Origin: Giardia intestinalis | Lineage: Eukaryota | DNA: 64,000 bases | Strand: one strand, 5' to 3' | Assembly (NCBI GenBank): GCA_000002435.2 | Contig: CM018792.1 | Shown here: one piece after another, positions 10,441 to 21,068 of the stretch | Numbering within the stretch: position 1 is the stretch's first letter | Layout: the number at the start of each line of letters is the position of its first letter | Program-made: the position numbers and the translations under genes | The notes under the pieces: generated by a model | What the model was told of the DNA's origin: nothing | Seen by the model: only the letters and a program-made list of their open reading frames with translations | Databases searched by the model: none

Positions 10441-11031
10441 ATGGAGCACGCTACACGACGAGCGATTCTCAATAGCCCACTTTATTTAATGGAATTCAAG
10501 CACCTTGGTGTTATCGGCCTTCTCAAAGATGTACTTGTGACTCGTAACATAGATTTAGAGTACGGCCAAGAACCTTCGCGGCTCTTATGTTCGCTTGTAC
10601 GGCTATATATGCTTCGTCCAGACAGATCCATCGTCCATGAAATACTCTCCGCAAGGGGCTTTGCATATGCAACAGCCTTCGCAGCCATTCACGTCCGCAG
10701 CTACTGGTCCTCTCTGGACATTCACAAGGCTCTGACACCTCTACTAAACAACTATACTAAAATCCGCGTCTCCGGCCTGAAGACGCTAGGTCTACAAGGA
10801 CACGTTCCCCTCGACGTTTTTGTTGAAGCCCTCCTGCATCAGCCTTCCACCTTATCTACATGCAGTGGAACCTTCGCACCTATGGGCTGCCTCCGCCTTC
10901 CCCTCCTGACGAAGCGGGAACTCTTCGAACTCTCTGGGAAGCTGCGTCCATTCAGTGAAGAGCTGCAAGAGATGTTAAGAGAGAAAGCAGCAGAGAATGG
11001 TTCACATGCAGAAATGAATGTTGTCAGTTGA
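10441..11031 (+). CDS. hypothetical protein, 196 aa
   Basis: ATG-initiated ORF with an AT-rich initiator. No recognisable motif. Confidence 0.45.
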   Translation: MEHATRRAILNSPLYLMEFKHLGVIGLLKDVLVTRNIDLEYGQEPSRLLCSLVRLYMLRPDRSIVHEILSARGFAYATAFAAIHVRSYWSSLDIHKALTPLLNNYTKIRVSGLKTLGLQGHVPLDVFVEALLHQPSTLSTCSGTFAPMGCLRLPLLTKRELFELSGKLRPFSEELQEMLREKAAENGSHAEMNVVS

Positions 11032-11037
11032 TATCTC

Positions 11038-11625
11038 CTATGTAAATATAGCAGCGTCGTCTTCCGGTGCCATTAGAGTGCCTCCAAACATCCGCTTTCC
11101 CGCATTTCTAGGGGCCATCTGAGCGGGAATCTCACACTTGGCCAACTTTAGAAGAGCAGGACGCAACACCTGGTTCAGAAGAAGCACAATAACTGAAGCG
11201 GATACTGCACTGGGATCATGGCCTTCGGGAAGACCACGTTGCAGAAAGCGACTGAAAGGCGGGACAGATAGGGGAAAGTAAAAAGGAAGGTAGCCCCCCA
11301 GTGTATCGTTCTTCACAGAGAGTAGCTTGTTGAATAAACGGAGGATAACAGCGCTAATAATGTACGTCCCGATCCAAGAGGTCCACTTCATACGTGTAAG
11401 CTTGGCCGATAACACTTCAAGGCGCTTGACTACTTGCTCCTTCTGCAGGCGTTGTGCCTCTGTGATGATGACAAAACTGTCAATCTTATCCAGAATTACA
11501 TAATCCTCCTTCATCTTACCTGCTAACTCTTGGAAGTCTTTTCGCCGATACATCAACAAGTAAGAGGCTCCGATAGCGCTCAAAGTCCCCACGAGACTCT
11601 GGAGGAAGAGGTAGAGGAGTGCCAT
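11038..11625 (-). CDS. candidate GET1/WRB-like tail-anchored protein insertion receptor subunit (3-TM membrane protein with a cytosolic coiled coil)
   Basis: 195 aa. TM1 (LLYLFLQSLVGTLSAIGASYLL), then a ~55-aa charged coiled coil. The sequence RMKW precedes TM2 (WTSWIGTYIISAVILRLF), as KIKW precedes TM2 in WRB. An SVP-containing loop follows, then TM3 with an internal polar N/Q (VIVLLLNQVL), as in WRB. ATG at 11623-11625. Confidence 0.5.
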   Translation of the reverse strand: MALLYLFLQSLVGTLSAIGASYLLMYRRKDFQELAGKMKEDYVILDKIDSFVIITEAQRLQKEQVVKRLEVLSAKLTRMKWTSWIGTYIISAVILRLFNKLLSVKNDTLGGYLPFYFPLSVPPFSRFLQRGLPEGHDPSAVSASVIVLLLNQVLRPALLKLAKCEIPAQMAPRNAGKRMFGGTLMAPEDDAAIFT

Positions 11626-11679
11626 GGAATTTTTACTCCGTCATAAATTAATAACTTCTACAATTGGGGGTTTGCAATC

Positions 11680-14600
11680 ATGAACAGCGCTCCCCTTGAC
11701 GGTGTCCGCCTCAGGGCAGAACTATATAAGAGCATCCAGGCACAGAGCAGGTTAGAAAGCCTCTATGGAACAGCATACAGGCTTCCCGCAACACAGCAGG
11801 CTGGTAGAGCGAATGGCACTACCCTAGGAGTTAGCACAGTCTATACCCAGGCATCTAGCATCAATGGGTATGAACAGGATCGAACGGCAAATGATCTACA
11901 CGTCCAGCTCATGGAGACAAAGTCACGCTCTCTTCATGACCTTACCGAAAAGAGGATGGTTGAGCTAAAGTTAGATCAGGTGGTCCAAGAAAATGAAAAA
12001 CTTAAGCAGAAAGTATTACAGCTGGATGGAGAACTCCAGGCAGCCATTCGTCAGTGCGAAGAGCTTTCTCAATATAAGGATGCTAGGGCAATCATAGAGA
12101 ATAATAGGCATCAGATAGAAGAGCTTGAACATTGCCTAGCTGATAAGGAAAAACAACTTGAGACGCTACAGCTTCAGCTTATTGATCAGCAGAATGAGAA
12201 CAGAGTGCTCAGCATAGGGAAGCACAAGCAAATCGAAGAGCTCATCGCCATTAATGCCTCGCAGGCGCTGCAATTGAAGCAGTTTGAGTTTGAAAATGTT
12301 CCGGGACTGCACAAGCAAGTCGAGGCCCAAGAGCTCGAGCTTAAAAACATGCAAGCACGCATTTCTTCGCTAGAATCAAGCGGTAAAACTCTTAAGGCAG
12401 AGTATGAGGAGTTCCTTTTATCAATAGTGGAGGAATTTAATAGATTACATGCATGGATGTGTAACTATAGAAGCAAAGCAGCCACCCTGGGAGGTGCCTC
12501 AGGAAAAACAGCTGCTACCTCTGCGTCCTTGGGAGCTTCCCTGCGATGCGATGATCTAGGCTCTAGGGGTGCAGATCTAGAGCAAGATTTACTTATTAGT
12601 CAGTTGTCTGAAGGCATGAAGCAAATGTATTACAAACTGGGATTGTCAGCAAACTCTGGGCCTCTCTCGTGGAGCGAAAAGCTAGTCCGCGAGGTATGTC
12701 TCCGTCTAGCACGGGTGCTAGATGATGTGCAGCAGTTCTCACAGATGAATAAAGAGCTTTCTGTAGCATACAGCGCCAAGGATGACGAAGTGCTTGAATT
12801 GACTCGTCGTCTTGAAGACTCTGAGCGACAGGTTGGCGTGCTCCAGTCCCACCTAGTATCCAAGGACACTGAGATTCAAGACTGCAGGCGTGCATGTCGA
12901 GAATGTGAAGATAAGCTCTCACTTCAAGAAGCAGAGCTCTCTTCCTTGCGCTCTATTTCTGACGAATTTGATGGCATCAAGATTGTCGCTCTGAAATTGG
13001 TCGATCAATTGGCAATGCCAGACACGTCGAACCTTAGCGCTTCCGCAGTGCTTAAATCGTCACAAAATAAGGGTCCATTACTATCTCATTCTAATGCTTT
13101 TAGTGCAACTTCAGGCCCAACCGACACGCGTATCCGTTATGCTTCCTCAAAAGGAATCGATGTTCGCTCCATTTTGGTTGACACATGCCTTGCGCTTCAG
13201 GATGCTCAGGAAAGCAAGGTCTCTGCAGCCTTGGAGCTGCAATCTCTAGAGGCACGTCTGAGAACTGTGTCCGACGATCTGCTATTTCAACAAAATAAAT
13301 GCCAAGAGATAGAACAGCGAGGCTATGATTCCGTCGAGACAGTGAGAAGCGACATGACTAGACAGATCAAGGAACTGGAACTGGAGATCAAGCAGACGTC
13401 TGAGTCATACGCTGCCCAGGTCGCGTCGCTTACTGAGGATGTAGCACATCGCCAACAGAAGCTATCCATATTTGCATTTGTCATATACTCTCTATGCAAG
13501 GTAATTGAGTTTGATCGTTATTCACTGCGTCGTATACTACTTGACTACAAACTACTCCTTGGAATGTATAACCATCAAGAAAAAGCTATCGAAAAGCTGA
13601 GGCACCTTAATGATAAGATTGAGAAAAGCATTCACGGAATAGTTATTGCTGTGGACCCTGCAACGGGTGTGCAGGTTGAACGGGAAAACGAACAGTATCT
13701 TTTCATCTTAAAGAGCCGAAGAGACATCATTAAGAGGCGAAAGAAGCAAGCACTTATCCATATGGTTGTATTCTGTAGCTACCTTCTCTCGGCTGATACT
13801 CTTGTTCATGGCCCCCGTGGCTCTAGTCTCGTGCGACCGCGAACTACCATGTCAGCTTCGTTGCAGCAAAGTCACGGGCCTCGTGATGACTTCTTTGTGG
13901 GCCTGGATAGGCTATTCTCCATCTTAAACCGCAACAATACGGTACCCGTGGAATTTTACGGTTTCTCAACCAGCTACTCCAGTATCTCTGGTACAGATGC
14001 CGTTCAGATGGATGGAACCATCAAAGAGAGAGATCTCGCTGGAGTACAACAAGCAGGAAGCCCTTCAATCCTAGAGTTGATGAGCCTTCCTAGCCCATCG
14101 CCCGCAGGGGGTACAATGAGTACGCCACTTTATTTGCAGACAGAAATGGCAGCTATTATGAAGGTGACTGGATACCTGTCCTCAATTTTCACCGACTCCT
14201 TTATGTTTTCAAATCTCTTTGACTTCTCCAACCGCTTAGGAAAAGCAACTGTCCATATAACATCTATTTCAAACCACTATACCTCTGCAAATGCGCACCT
14301 TAACGATTCGCTAGCTCTGAATCTATGTGATCTAAAGCTTCTCGTCAACAACCTTCACCTCTGTTTCAATACCCAGACTGACCTGCTCCTAGAAGCACGC
14401 ATGAATTATACAGTAACATACCAGCAGGCACTGGCTTCACAAGGAGCAATCGTTGAGCTGGAGAATCTAAGGGCTCAGCAAGCATATGAAATTACAGAGC
14501 TGACGTCTCAAGTACAGACCCTAACCCTTGAAAAGAGCAGGCTACCCACAGAAGAGGAATACGGAGCACTAAAAGCCGAGAATGTGGATTTAGCGTCTCG

Positions 14601-15456
14601 CTTGCGTGATACCACCAATATGCTGAATGCCGAGAGGTCACTCCATAATACCCTTCAGCAGGAGCATGAGCATGGGTTCAGCCAGATGACCCTTGAACTC
14701 CAGACTCTTCGGGAAGAGAAATCCAGGCTGTCTATGGAGGTTGAGGAGCTCAATCTTAAACTGCAACGCTCACATAAGTCCCTGGATACTCTTGAAACAA
14801 AGCCTGTCCAGTCCCTTTCTAAGGAGAGTGCGAAGGATTTACTAAGTCGGTTATCTGGAGACAAGAAGCTTCAAAGAAGTCAATCAGCCACTGGTCCCGG
14901 AACTGTACGCTTCGCTGACTCACTTCCATCTGATAGCTCCACGCTTGAACAAGATACATTATCGTCTAATTCGGGCGCGTCCTTCCGCTCAACTCGCGAT
15001 AGCATATGCCTGGCTGACATGGACATCGTAATCGCTCCAAATAGCGAGCTACCGCCAAGCACTCATGCTCCTCCGAGGCCTGCTCCACAGGCACCCCCTC
15101 ACCCACCTCTATATCCCGCCCCCTCTACTTTACAGGCAGCTTCTGCAAACACAAAGGCTCCAGACGCCCCCGCTCTGTCTTCCACTACTACCGACTATTC
15201 GCGATTGATTAAGAGGTACGATATCGGGGCCGACTCGGCTGGACCCACTGAGGCAGAAGAAATAGAGTCTCTTAACCGTCAGTATATAAGGCCCGACCCC
15301 ACGGTCCCGTCACTAGACAACTTCAGCACGTCTCAGGTGACAGATTTGGTCAACCAACTAAACGTACACAAAAACACAGATGAAATGTTCCAGGACCCGA
15401 CTTTGCGTGATGCTAATATCACTCAGTATATCGAAAATTTGACGATCAAGCACTAG
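11680..15456 (+). CDS. large coiled-coil protein (1258 aa) with a Pro-rich C-terminal region
   Basis: ATG at 11680. Long heptad-like Q/E/L/K-rich segments throughout. PPSTHAPPRPAPQAPPHPPLYPAP tract near the C-terminus. Confidence 0.7.
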   Translation: MNSAPLDGVRLRAELYKSIQAQSRLESLYGTAYRLPATQQAGRANGTTLGVSTVYTQASSINGYEQDRTANDLHVQLMETKSRSLHDLTEKRMVELKLDQVVQENEKLKQKVLQLDGELQAAIRQCEELSQYKDARAIIENNRHQIEELEHCLADKEKQLETLQLQLIDQQNENRVLSIGKHKQIEELIAINASQALQLKQFEFENVPGLHKQVEAQELELKNMQARISSLESSGKTLKAEYEEFLLSIVEEFNRLHAWMCNYRSKAATLGGASGKTAATSASLGASLRCDDLGSRGADLEQDLLISQLSEGMKQMYYKLGLSANSGPLSWSEKLVREVCLRLARVLDDVQQFSQMNKELSVAYSAKDDEVLELTRRLEDSERQVGVLQSHLVSKDTEIQDCRRACRECEDKLSLQEAELSSLRSISDEFDGIKIVALKLVDQLAMPDTSNLSASAVLKSSQNKGPLLSHSNAFSATSGPTDTRIRYASSKGIDVRSILVDTCLALQDAQESKVSAALELQSLEARLRTVSDDLLFQQNKCQEIEQRGYDSVETVRSDMTRQIKELELEIKQTSESYAAQVASLTEDVAHRQQKLSIFAFVIYSLCKVIEFDRYSLRRILLDYKLLLGMYNHQEKAIEKLRHLNDKIEKSIHGIVIAVDPATGVQVERENEQYLFILKSRRDIIKRRKKQALIHMVVFCSYLLSADTLVHGPRGSSLVRPRTTMSASLQQSHGPRDDFFVGLDRLFSILNRNNTVPVEFYGFSTSYSSISGTDAVQMDGTIKERDLAGVQQAGSPSILELMSLPSPSPAGGTMSTPLYLQTEMAAIMKVTGYLSSIFTDSFMFSNLFDFSNRLGKATVHITSISNHYTSANAHLNDSLALNLCDLKLLVNNLHLCFNTQTDLLLEARMNYTVTYQQALASQGAIVELENLRAQQAYEITELTSQVQTLTLEKSRLPTEEEYGALKAENVDLASRLRDTTNMLNAERSLHNTLQQEHEHGFSQMTLELQTLREEKSRLSMEVEELNLKLQRSHKSLDTLETKPVQSLSKESAKDLLSRLSGDKKLQRSQSATGPGTVRFADSLPSDSSTLEQDTLSSNSGASFRSTRDSICLADMDIVIAPNSELPPSTHAPPRPAPQAPPHPPLYPAPSTLQAASANTKAPDAPALSSTTTDYSRLIKRYDIGADSAGPTEAEEIESLNRQYIRPDPTVPSLDNFSTSQVTDLVNQLNVHKNTDEMFQDPTLRDANITQYIENLTIKH

Positions 15457-15525
15457 CTGGATCTCCAATCCGTGATAGGAAGGTTACTAGCAGAAGTGAA
15501 TCTGTCTCTAAAAAAGTTAAGTGGC

Positions 15526-17856
15526 ATGTTTTCCGAGACGATCGGACGGCTCTACAAGAACCACGTCGTCATAGGGAATGGTTCGTTTGGAAAGGTTTTT
15601 AGCGCCCAACGGGTATCAGACAGCAAAACAGTGGCCGTGAAGGAGGTTGACACAACTGGTGCTGGACTCGCAGAGCGGATGATTATCCTCGCTGAATACA
15701 CATATTACCCGCACATTGTTGATCCTAATGTTGTCACATGTTATACAACACACTTCGATAAGGAGTCCGGACAGCTATACCTCGAGATGGAATATTGTCC
15801 CGGTGGATCTCTTTCAGACCTGATCAAGAGCCAACGAGTGAGGAAGCAACCCCTCCCCGAGCGGACTATTTGGCAGATTTTCAAAGGATTGGCCTCAGCA
15901 CTTGTTTATCTTCATTCCCCAGAAAAGAAACCCACCGTGGGTGCAATCATCCACAGAGACATTAAACCGACCAATATTGTCTTTACCAAGGATGGTATCG
16001 CTAAGATATGTGACTTCGGCCTCTCTCGAGGGCTGCACGAACTGTCGATGGCCTCTAGCAGAGTAGGAACAGATGCTTACATGGCTCCAGAGGTCAATGA
16101 CGGCGAGTACAATGAAAAAGTAGACGTATGGTCGCTAGGATGCGTCATTTTGGAACTGTGCAGCCTTCATAAGCCAAAGCCCCGCGACCCCATCATCCTG
16201 GAGGCATACTCACCACAGCTAGCATCAATACTTAGAAACTGTCTGACAGTCTCACCAGACGATCGCATATCCAGCGCTAGGCTGCTCCACTTACTATCGA
16301 CGCAAGAGTCCGAAGCATTGTCACGCAAGCCATCCACATACTATGGTTTAGATGACAATGACGAAGATACTGAAGAGGACGCGGGGGACTTAGAGCTACG
16401 AGAACAGAAGGAGAAGATCCGCGCTCAGGAACAGATGCAGCAGGAATGCAACGCAGAGGCGGTAGTAGAGGAAAATGAAAATGCAAGAACAGAAGCAGAC
16501 GCCGAGATGGAATCCTTGGTCTTTTTCGACCAAAACATCACTCTTCCAACTACACATAGTACAGAAGCTGAAGACGACAATGAGCACTGTTCTCAATTGG
16601 ATGCAACGTCTGTCATTCATGAAGTCCCAGAATTGACGGCTACATCTATCCTTAAGCAGTTAGATTTTGCCAGCAAAGACCCAGAACTGGTTCGATCGTT
16701 ACTGTTACAGTATGCATCTGCTTTGGAGACCCGTGACAACGAGATTGCTCAGCTCAAGGGTCTGCTCAGTTTCCAGAATCAACGACTCCCCTTGTCCACG
16801 GCACGCCCCAGTATAGAGACACCGATCTGCATGAGCACTGACACTCATGCAGAGTCCATAGACTTCACTGTCAAAGAGCCGACACAGTTTGGTACTATTA
16901 CCGAGAAAGAATCAATCTGTCCATCTCCACGGTCTTTTGATTGCAGCATGGGGATTGTGCTAGATGATTTGGTTGCAAATCAGCATAGATTGAAGACGAA
17001 TATAGAGATAGATATCTTGCAACGCTCTATTAAAGCCAAGGACGCCATTATTGATAGTATGAAGAAGCAATCGGAAGCAGATGCCAAAGGAACAAAGGTC
17101 TTTATAGATGCTCTTTATAAAGACATCAATACTTTAGAATCCGAGGTGCGAGAAAAGAACATTATCATTGATGAGCTTTGCGAGGCTATTGAAAAGAATA
17201 GTACACTGTTGGACTCCGCCAAACGAAGGGGAAGTCTAGGCATGTCCACAGATGGCTCATTTACAGACAGAAGCAAGTCTGCCACACCCGAAGGTAGGCG
17301 TCCCCGTAGAAATTCACTATACAGTTCTGATATGGCCGACAAGGAGCAGGAGATCCAGCACTTGAAGGACGAGCTTATCAAGCAGCAGGCAGAAAGCGCC
17401 GCCCTCAGGGAACAGAAGTTTATCAAGCAGGAGTGCATCATCCAAGACTTGACCGCGTCTCTCCGCGCAGCTACCGCCGAGATAGACTCTCTTCGACAAA
17501 AGGTTGCACTGCAAAGCCCAGTGCAAAGCAGCTTGTCTTCAAGCACGCTTACTGTGGTTAAAATGCCGAGCCTTGAGCTATCACAGTATGTATTCCAAAT
17601 CAATGAGTTGGAGCAAATTAAGGAAACACTCTCAGAGGAGCTAGAAGCAAAGGACTCAACAATACAGCAACTACGCGAAGCAATACTGCACCAGGAGATC
17701 TCCTTTACTAAGTTGCGCGAGGCCTCAGAGGCCACCCAAGCAGAAAATAGGAAGCTTCATGACACCATCAGGATGCAGGCTGGTACCATCTCGGCCTTGG
17801 TTCGGAAGAGGAGCCCTCAATTATCCTCAAATGCAAGCCCCCCTGGTAAGCAATAA
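15526..17856 (+). CDS. NEK-family Ser/Thr protein kinase with a C-terminal coiled-coil region; catalytic residues intact
   Basis: GNGSFGKV glycine loop, VAVKEV, HRDIKPTNIVF, DFGLSRG and YMAPEV motifs. Track start was GTG at 15472; first ATG is at 15526. Confidence 0.8.
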   Translation: MFSETIGRLYKNHVVIGNGSFGKVFSAQRVSDSKTVAVKEVDTTGAGLAERMIILAEYTYYPHIVDPNVVTCYTTHFDKESGQLYLEMEYCPGGSLSDLIKSQRVRKQPLPERTIWQIFKGLASALVYLHSPEKKPTVGAIIHRDIKPTNIVFTKDGIAKICDFGLSRGLHELSMASSRVGTDAYMAPEVNDGEYNEKVDVWSLGCVILELCSLHKPKPRDPIILEAYSPQLASILRNCLTVSPDDRISSARLLHLLSTQESEALSRKPSTYYGLDDNDEDTEEDAGDLELREQKEKIRAQEQMQQECNAEAVVEENENARTEADAEMESLVFFDQNITLPTTHSTEAEDDNEHCSQLDATSVIHEVPELTATSILKQLDFASKDPELVRSLLLQYASALETRDNEIAQLKGLLSFQNQRLPLSTARPSIETPICMSTDTHAESIDFTVKEPTQFGTITEKESICPSPRSFDCSMGIVLDDLVANQHRLKTNIEIDILQRSIKAKDAIIDSMKKQSEADAKGTKVFIDALYKDINTLESEVREKNIIIDELCEAIEKNSTLLDSAKRRGSLGMSTDGSFTDRSKSATPEGRRPRRNSLYSSDMADKEQEIQHLKDELIKQQAESAALREQKFIKQECIIQDLTASLRAATAEIDSLRQKVALQSPVQSSLSSSTLTVVKMPSLELSQYVFQINELEQIKETLSEELEAKDSTIQQLREAILHQEISFTKLREASEATQAENRKLHDTIRMQAGTISALVRKRSPQLSSNASPPGKQ

Positions 17857-18116
17857 AGTGGGGCTTTTGGATTTTCTATCAATCGTTCTATGGAAAAATA
17901 TAATTCAACAGCATCTAAAACCGGTTAATCTGGAGGTGAAAATATAGTGTTGTGAAATCCTGAAACCCTTTGTCTAGCTTATCTTAGCGGCTGCTTGTTA
18001 CACAGCAGTAAATTACTCTCTCCCGGACGATCCAGTAATGACAAACATGTCTTTCGCGTGAGAGGTGTCTCTAGATGATGATTCATAATTAACTTGAACA
18101 TAAAAGTCAGCAATCT

Positions 18117-18713
18117 CTAGAACGATTCCTGGAACGTTCGTGACTGTTCTTCCAGGACCACAATCGGCACGCTGACCCGCGGAGAGTAGCAAATGCGGTG
18201 GAAGACAGACCAGTCGAGGGCCCCGGAGCTCGCGATTGTCAGGTCCTGGATGAGGGGCGGGAGCTGGAGGATATCCCCGAGTAGAATGATCTTGTCGAAA
18301 GGGGCGACCAAGAAGGGCGCAAACTCGTGCTCTGAAAGGCGCGCCGCCTCCTCGACAATCAGGTACCTGCGGTGGCCACCTTCGTCTGCGATAGACGCAG
18401 TAGTACTTCTCACCAACTTGGAATGGTGGGAGATGTGATTAGAGGAAATGTGGTCATAGTCGACCAGAATGTCGTTGTAACTATTCGTTCGCGATATATG
18501 GGACCCGCCACTGAAGCAAGAAAGTTGATTGTACATTGATCTGCCATATCCACCGTAGACCTTTGAGCTACCCTTTAAGGGATCAAAGGAAAGGGAATCT
18601 TCAAGGCCATCTGTGGCCACGTCAGTGAAGTAGCGCAGATATATGCTAAATCCAGAGGTGGTGTTGACGATGATGGTCGCCGAGCTCAAGAGTTTGTGAT
18701 TGAAGAAATTCAT
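18117..18713 (-). CDS. small hypothetical protein carrying a degenerate Upf1/Dna2-type SF1 helicase motif II-III remnant
   Basis: Segment RYLIVEEAARLSEHEFAPFLVAPFDKIILLGDILQLPP matches the SF1 pattern hIDEAaQ ... vILvGDxxQLPP, but DEAQ is EEAAR. No Walker A upstream. ATG at 18711-18713 with an AT-rich initiator. Confidence 0.4.
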   Translation of the reverse strand: MNFFNHKLLSSATIIVNTTSGFSIYLRYFTDVATDGLEDSLSFDPLKGSSKVYGGYGRSMYNQLSCFSGGSHISRTNSYNDILVDYDHISSNHISHHSKLVRSTTASIADEGGHRRYLIVEEAARLSEHEFAPFLVAPFDKIILLGDILQLPPLIQDLTIASSGALDWSVFHRICYSPRVSVPIVVLEEQSRTFQESF

Positions 18714-18842
18714 TTTCTGGAACTCTAAACTCTAAATTCAAAGATTAAAGATTGGCCTCGGGATTGGGGTCGAGTGAGATTAATCTAGCGTTAAGTATGC
18801 AGTTGCCAATAGCTTTCCGTGGAGACTCAGTAGCAGATGAAT

Positions 18843-20759
18843 TTAGAGGCACGTAAATCCAAAGAAGGAAAAGATCAAAGCGTAGATGTTGTCCTCTGTC
18901 GGATATGTGGTCATTGCCTTTGTTTTTGCGTATAGCTTTTTATAGCATGATTCTATAGTTGCACCATCGCCGTTTGCTTGGGTGGAAATTGCCAGATGAA
19001 CTTCGTCTAGCTTCTTCGCTAACAACTCAGGGGAAAGGTGAAGTAGGATCTTCCCTATATGTGCTCGAAATGCACGCTCGTACTTCTGAACGTTATCACC
19101 TCGTGGTTGTGTGTCAGTAGGAGCGTTAGATGCTGCGATCTTCTGTACACCAGGGCATTCGGTGGGCACCGTGAGGCACTGTGCCTTTAGGTTCTTCTGC
19201 TTCAACGACGGTTCCTGATCGTTCTGAGTGGTTAAGAGTTGGCTGAGACACCCCAAAAACCTGTCCCCCTTGTCGTTTTTATAATAGGAGAGCTTTCCTA
19301 CAACACCATCAAGAATGTCTGAATAAGCTGTGGTCAACGGTGGAGACCGTCCACTGCAGAAGTCACAGCACCATGCTGGGTCTGTGGAATGGTCCTCAAC
19401 ACCACTATTGAAGTAATCTAACAAAACGCGGCGTCTGCACTTCCGTTGTAAGCAGAAGGAGAAGAAGCTATACAAAGAATACAACTCAAAATCGGATCCA
19501 TCTCTCTGGATACGTGTGACAGCGCCGGATACGTCTGCGCTGTCAAACAAGACAAGGCTGAGGGCTGGCTCTGAGTCACGCCCTGCTCGCCCAGACTCCT
19601 GATAGAACCCCTCCATGGAGCGGGGGATATTATAGTGAACCACTAATCTGACGTTAGATCTATCTATCCCCATGCCAAATGCAATAGTGGCAACGATTAT
19701 CTGCATGTCACTGGGGTCCCCAGCTTCTGACGTTTGCTTGCTTGAATCGTCCTTGACCCAATCCATGAGAATTTGCATCTTAGTGTCCTGGGAAAGCTTT
19801 GCATGGAAGTGCTGCGCATTAAAGCCCTCATCAGCGAGGCGCCTAGCAACGGCTTCTGTCTCGTCTCTGGTATAACAATAAACTATGACTGCACCAAGCG
19901 ATTTAGGATACTCCGCCGAACAGGACCTGTGCCTACTTCTTTGCTCAGGTCGCGTGTGCCTCGAGGCAGCAAGGCCACGGGGACCTGCTACGCATGCTTG
20001 ATAATTTTTAAGATAATCCAGAAGGAGCGCAATCTTAGACGAATTGGGCCCAACATACATGATACGATAGTAGAGATTTCTTCTATCAAACGACCTGATA
20101 AAGAGCTTAAACGAACTGTTAAGCTGCAAGCATGAGACAATGTCGATGGCCGTGTACTTTGTGGCTGTTGCCGTCAACGCTATGATTGGTATTTCAGGAA
20201 AATTTGTGCGTAGCGAAGACAGTCCACGGTAGCTAGATCGAAAGGTATTGCCCCAATCGGTTAAAACGTGACACTCATCCACTGCAATGAAGCCCACCAT
20301 GCCATTTGTCACCATGGCTTTGAGAAGATGCACAAACTCTTCAAGGCGGAATGTCTCTGGGGTGACATAGAGCAAGGAGATGGACCCAGGGTTTGTTCGC
20401 ATCCTATCGAATGCTTGAATCCGCGTATTCATGGAGGTGGAGGAGTTAACGGTGAATGCGGTGATACCAAGAGAACGAAGCTTGGTCACCTGGTCATCCA
20501 TGAGAGAAATCAACGGAGAAATGACGACCGCTGTCTTCTTGCTGTATACTGCGGCCAGCTGGTATATTAGTGATTTGCCGGCCCCTGTGGGGAAAATAAC
20601 CAACGTATCATTGCCCTCTACAATGGAGATGATTGCCTCTAGCTGCTGATCTCTGAATTGGGCCAATCCAAACACAGTGTGTAACACCTCGTGATACCTG
20701 GTTAGGTGTTCCGCTACATCTGCAGTGTGTCCATCAGAGGCATCTGTGTCTACAGACAT
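18843..20759 (-). CDS. RecQ-family ATP-dependent DNA helicase
   Basis: Motifs FRDQQLEAI, PTGAGKSLIYQLAA (Walker A), VDECHVLTDWGNTFR (DExH), ATIAFGMGID, ESGRAGRD, and a C-terminal Cys-rich RecQ zinc module (CRRRVLLDYF...WCCDFC). Track start was TTG at 20783; first ATG is at 20757-20759. Confidence 0.85.
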   Translation of the reverse strand: MSVDTDASDGHTADVAEHLTRYHEVLHTVFGLAQFRDQQLEAIISIVEGNDTLVIFPTGAGKSLIYQLAAVYSKKTAVVISPLISLMDDQVTKLRSLGITAFTVNSSTSMNTRIQAFDRMRTNPGSISLLYVTPETFRLEEFVHLLKAMVTNGMVGFIAVDECHVLTDWGNTFRSSYRGLSSLRTNFPEIPIIALTATATKYTAIDIVSCLQLNSSFKLFIRSFDRRNLYYRIMYVGPNSSKIALLLDYLKNYQACVAGPRGLAASRHTRPEQRSRHRSCSAEYPKSLGAVIVYCYTRDETEAVARRLADEGFNAQHFHAKLSQDTKMQILMDWVKDDSSKQTSEAGDPSDMQIIVATIAFGMGIDRSNVRLVVHYNIPRSMEGFYQESGRAGRDSEPALSLVLFDSADVSGAVTRIQRDGSDFELYSLYSFFSFCLQRKCRRRVLLDYFNSGVEDHSTDPAWCCDFCSGRSPPLTTAYSDILDGVVGKLSYYKNDKGDRFLGCLSQLLTTQNDQEPSLKQKNLKAQCLTVPTECPGVQKIAASNAPTDTQPRGDNVQKYERAFRAHIGKILLHLSPELLAKKLDEVHLAISTQANGDGATIESCYKKLYAKTKAMTTYPTEDNIYALIFSFFGFTCL

Positions 20760-21068
20760 AACGACTCTTCCAACGCCAAGCAAGTATGCGAGTATGGAAA
20801 GCTTGCTGGGGCAGGAAACAGGTCAAGGCCCAATTTTAATTAATCTTGCATAAGGAGGCCTGCTCTCCTACACTACACCCACTCCCGGCTTGCCTGTATA
20901 TCTTCTTTGTCCGTTCCATGCACTGGAGCATCCAGAAGAATCCAGAAGCATGAAATCCGATGCATTAAAATTATACGTTCGCTTGCTAATTTGCTATGTC
21001 CTTTAAAACAGTTTAATAATGATTATTAATAATGAAATTTTTGACAGTAAAATTTCTCCCTAGATAGC

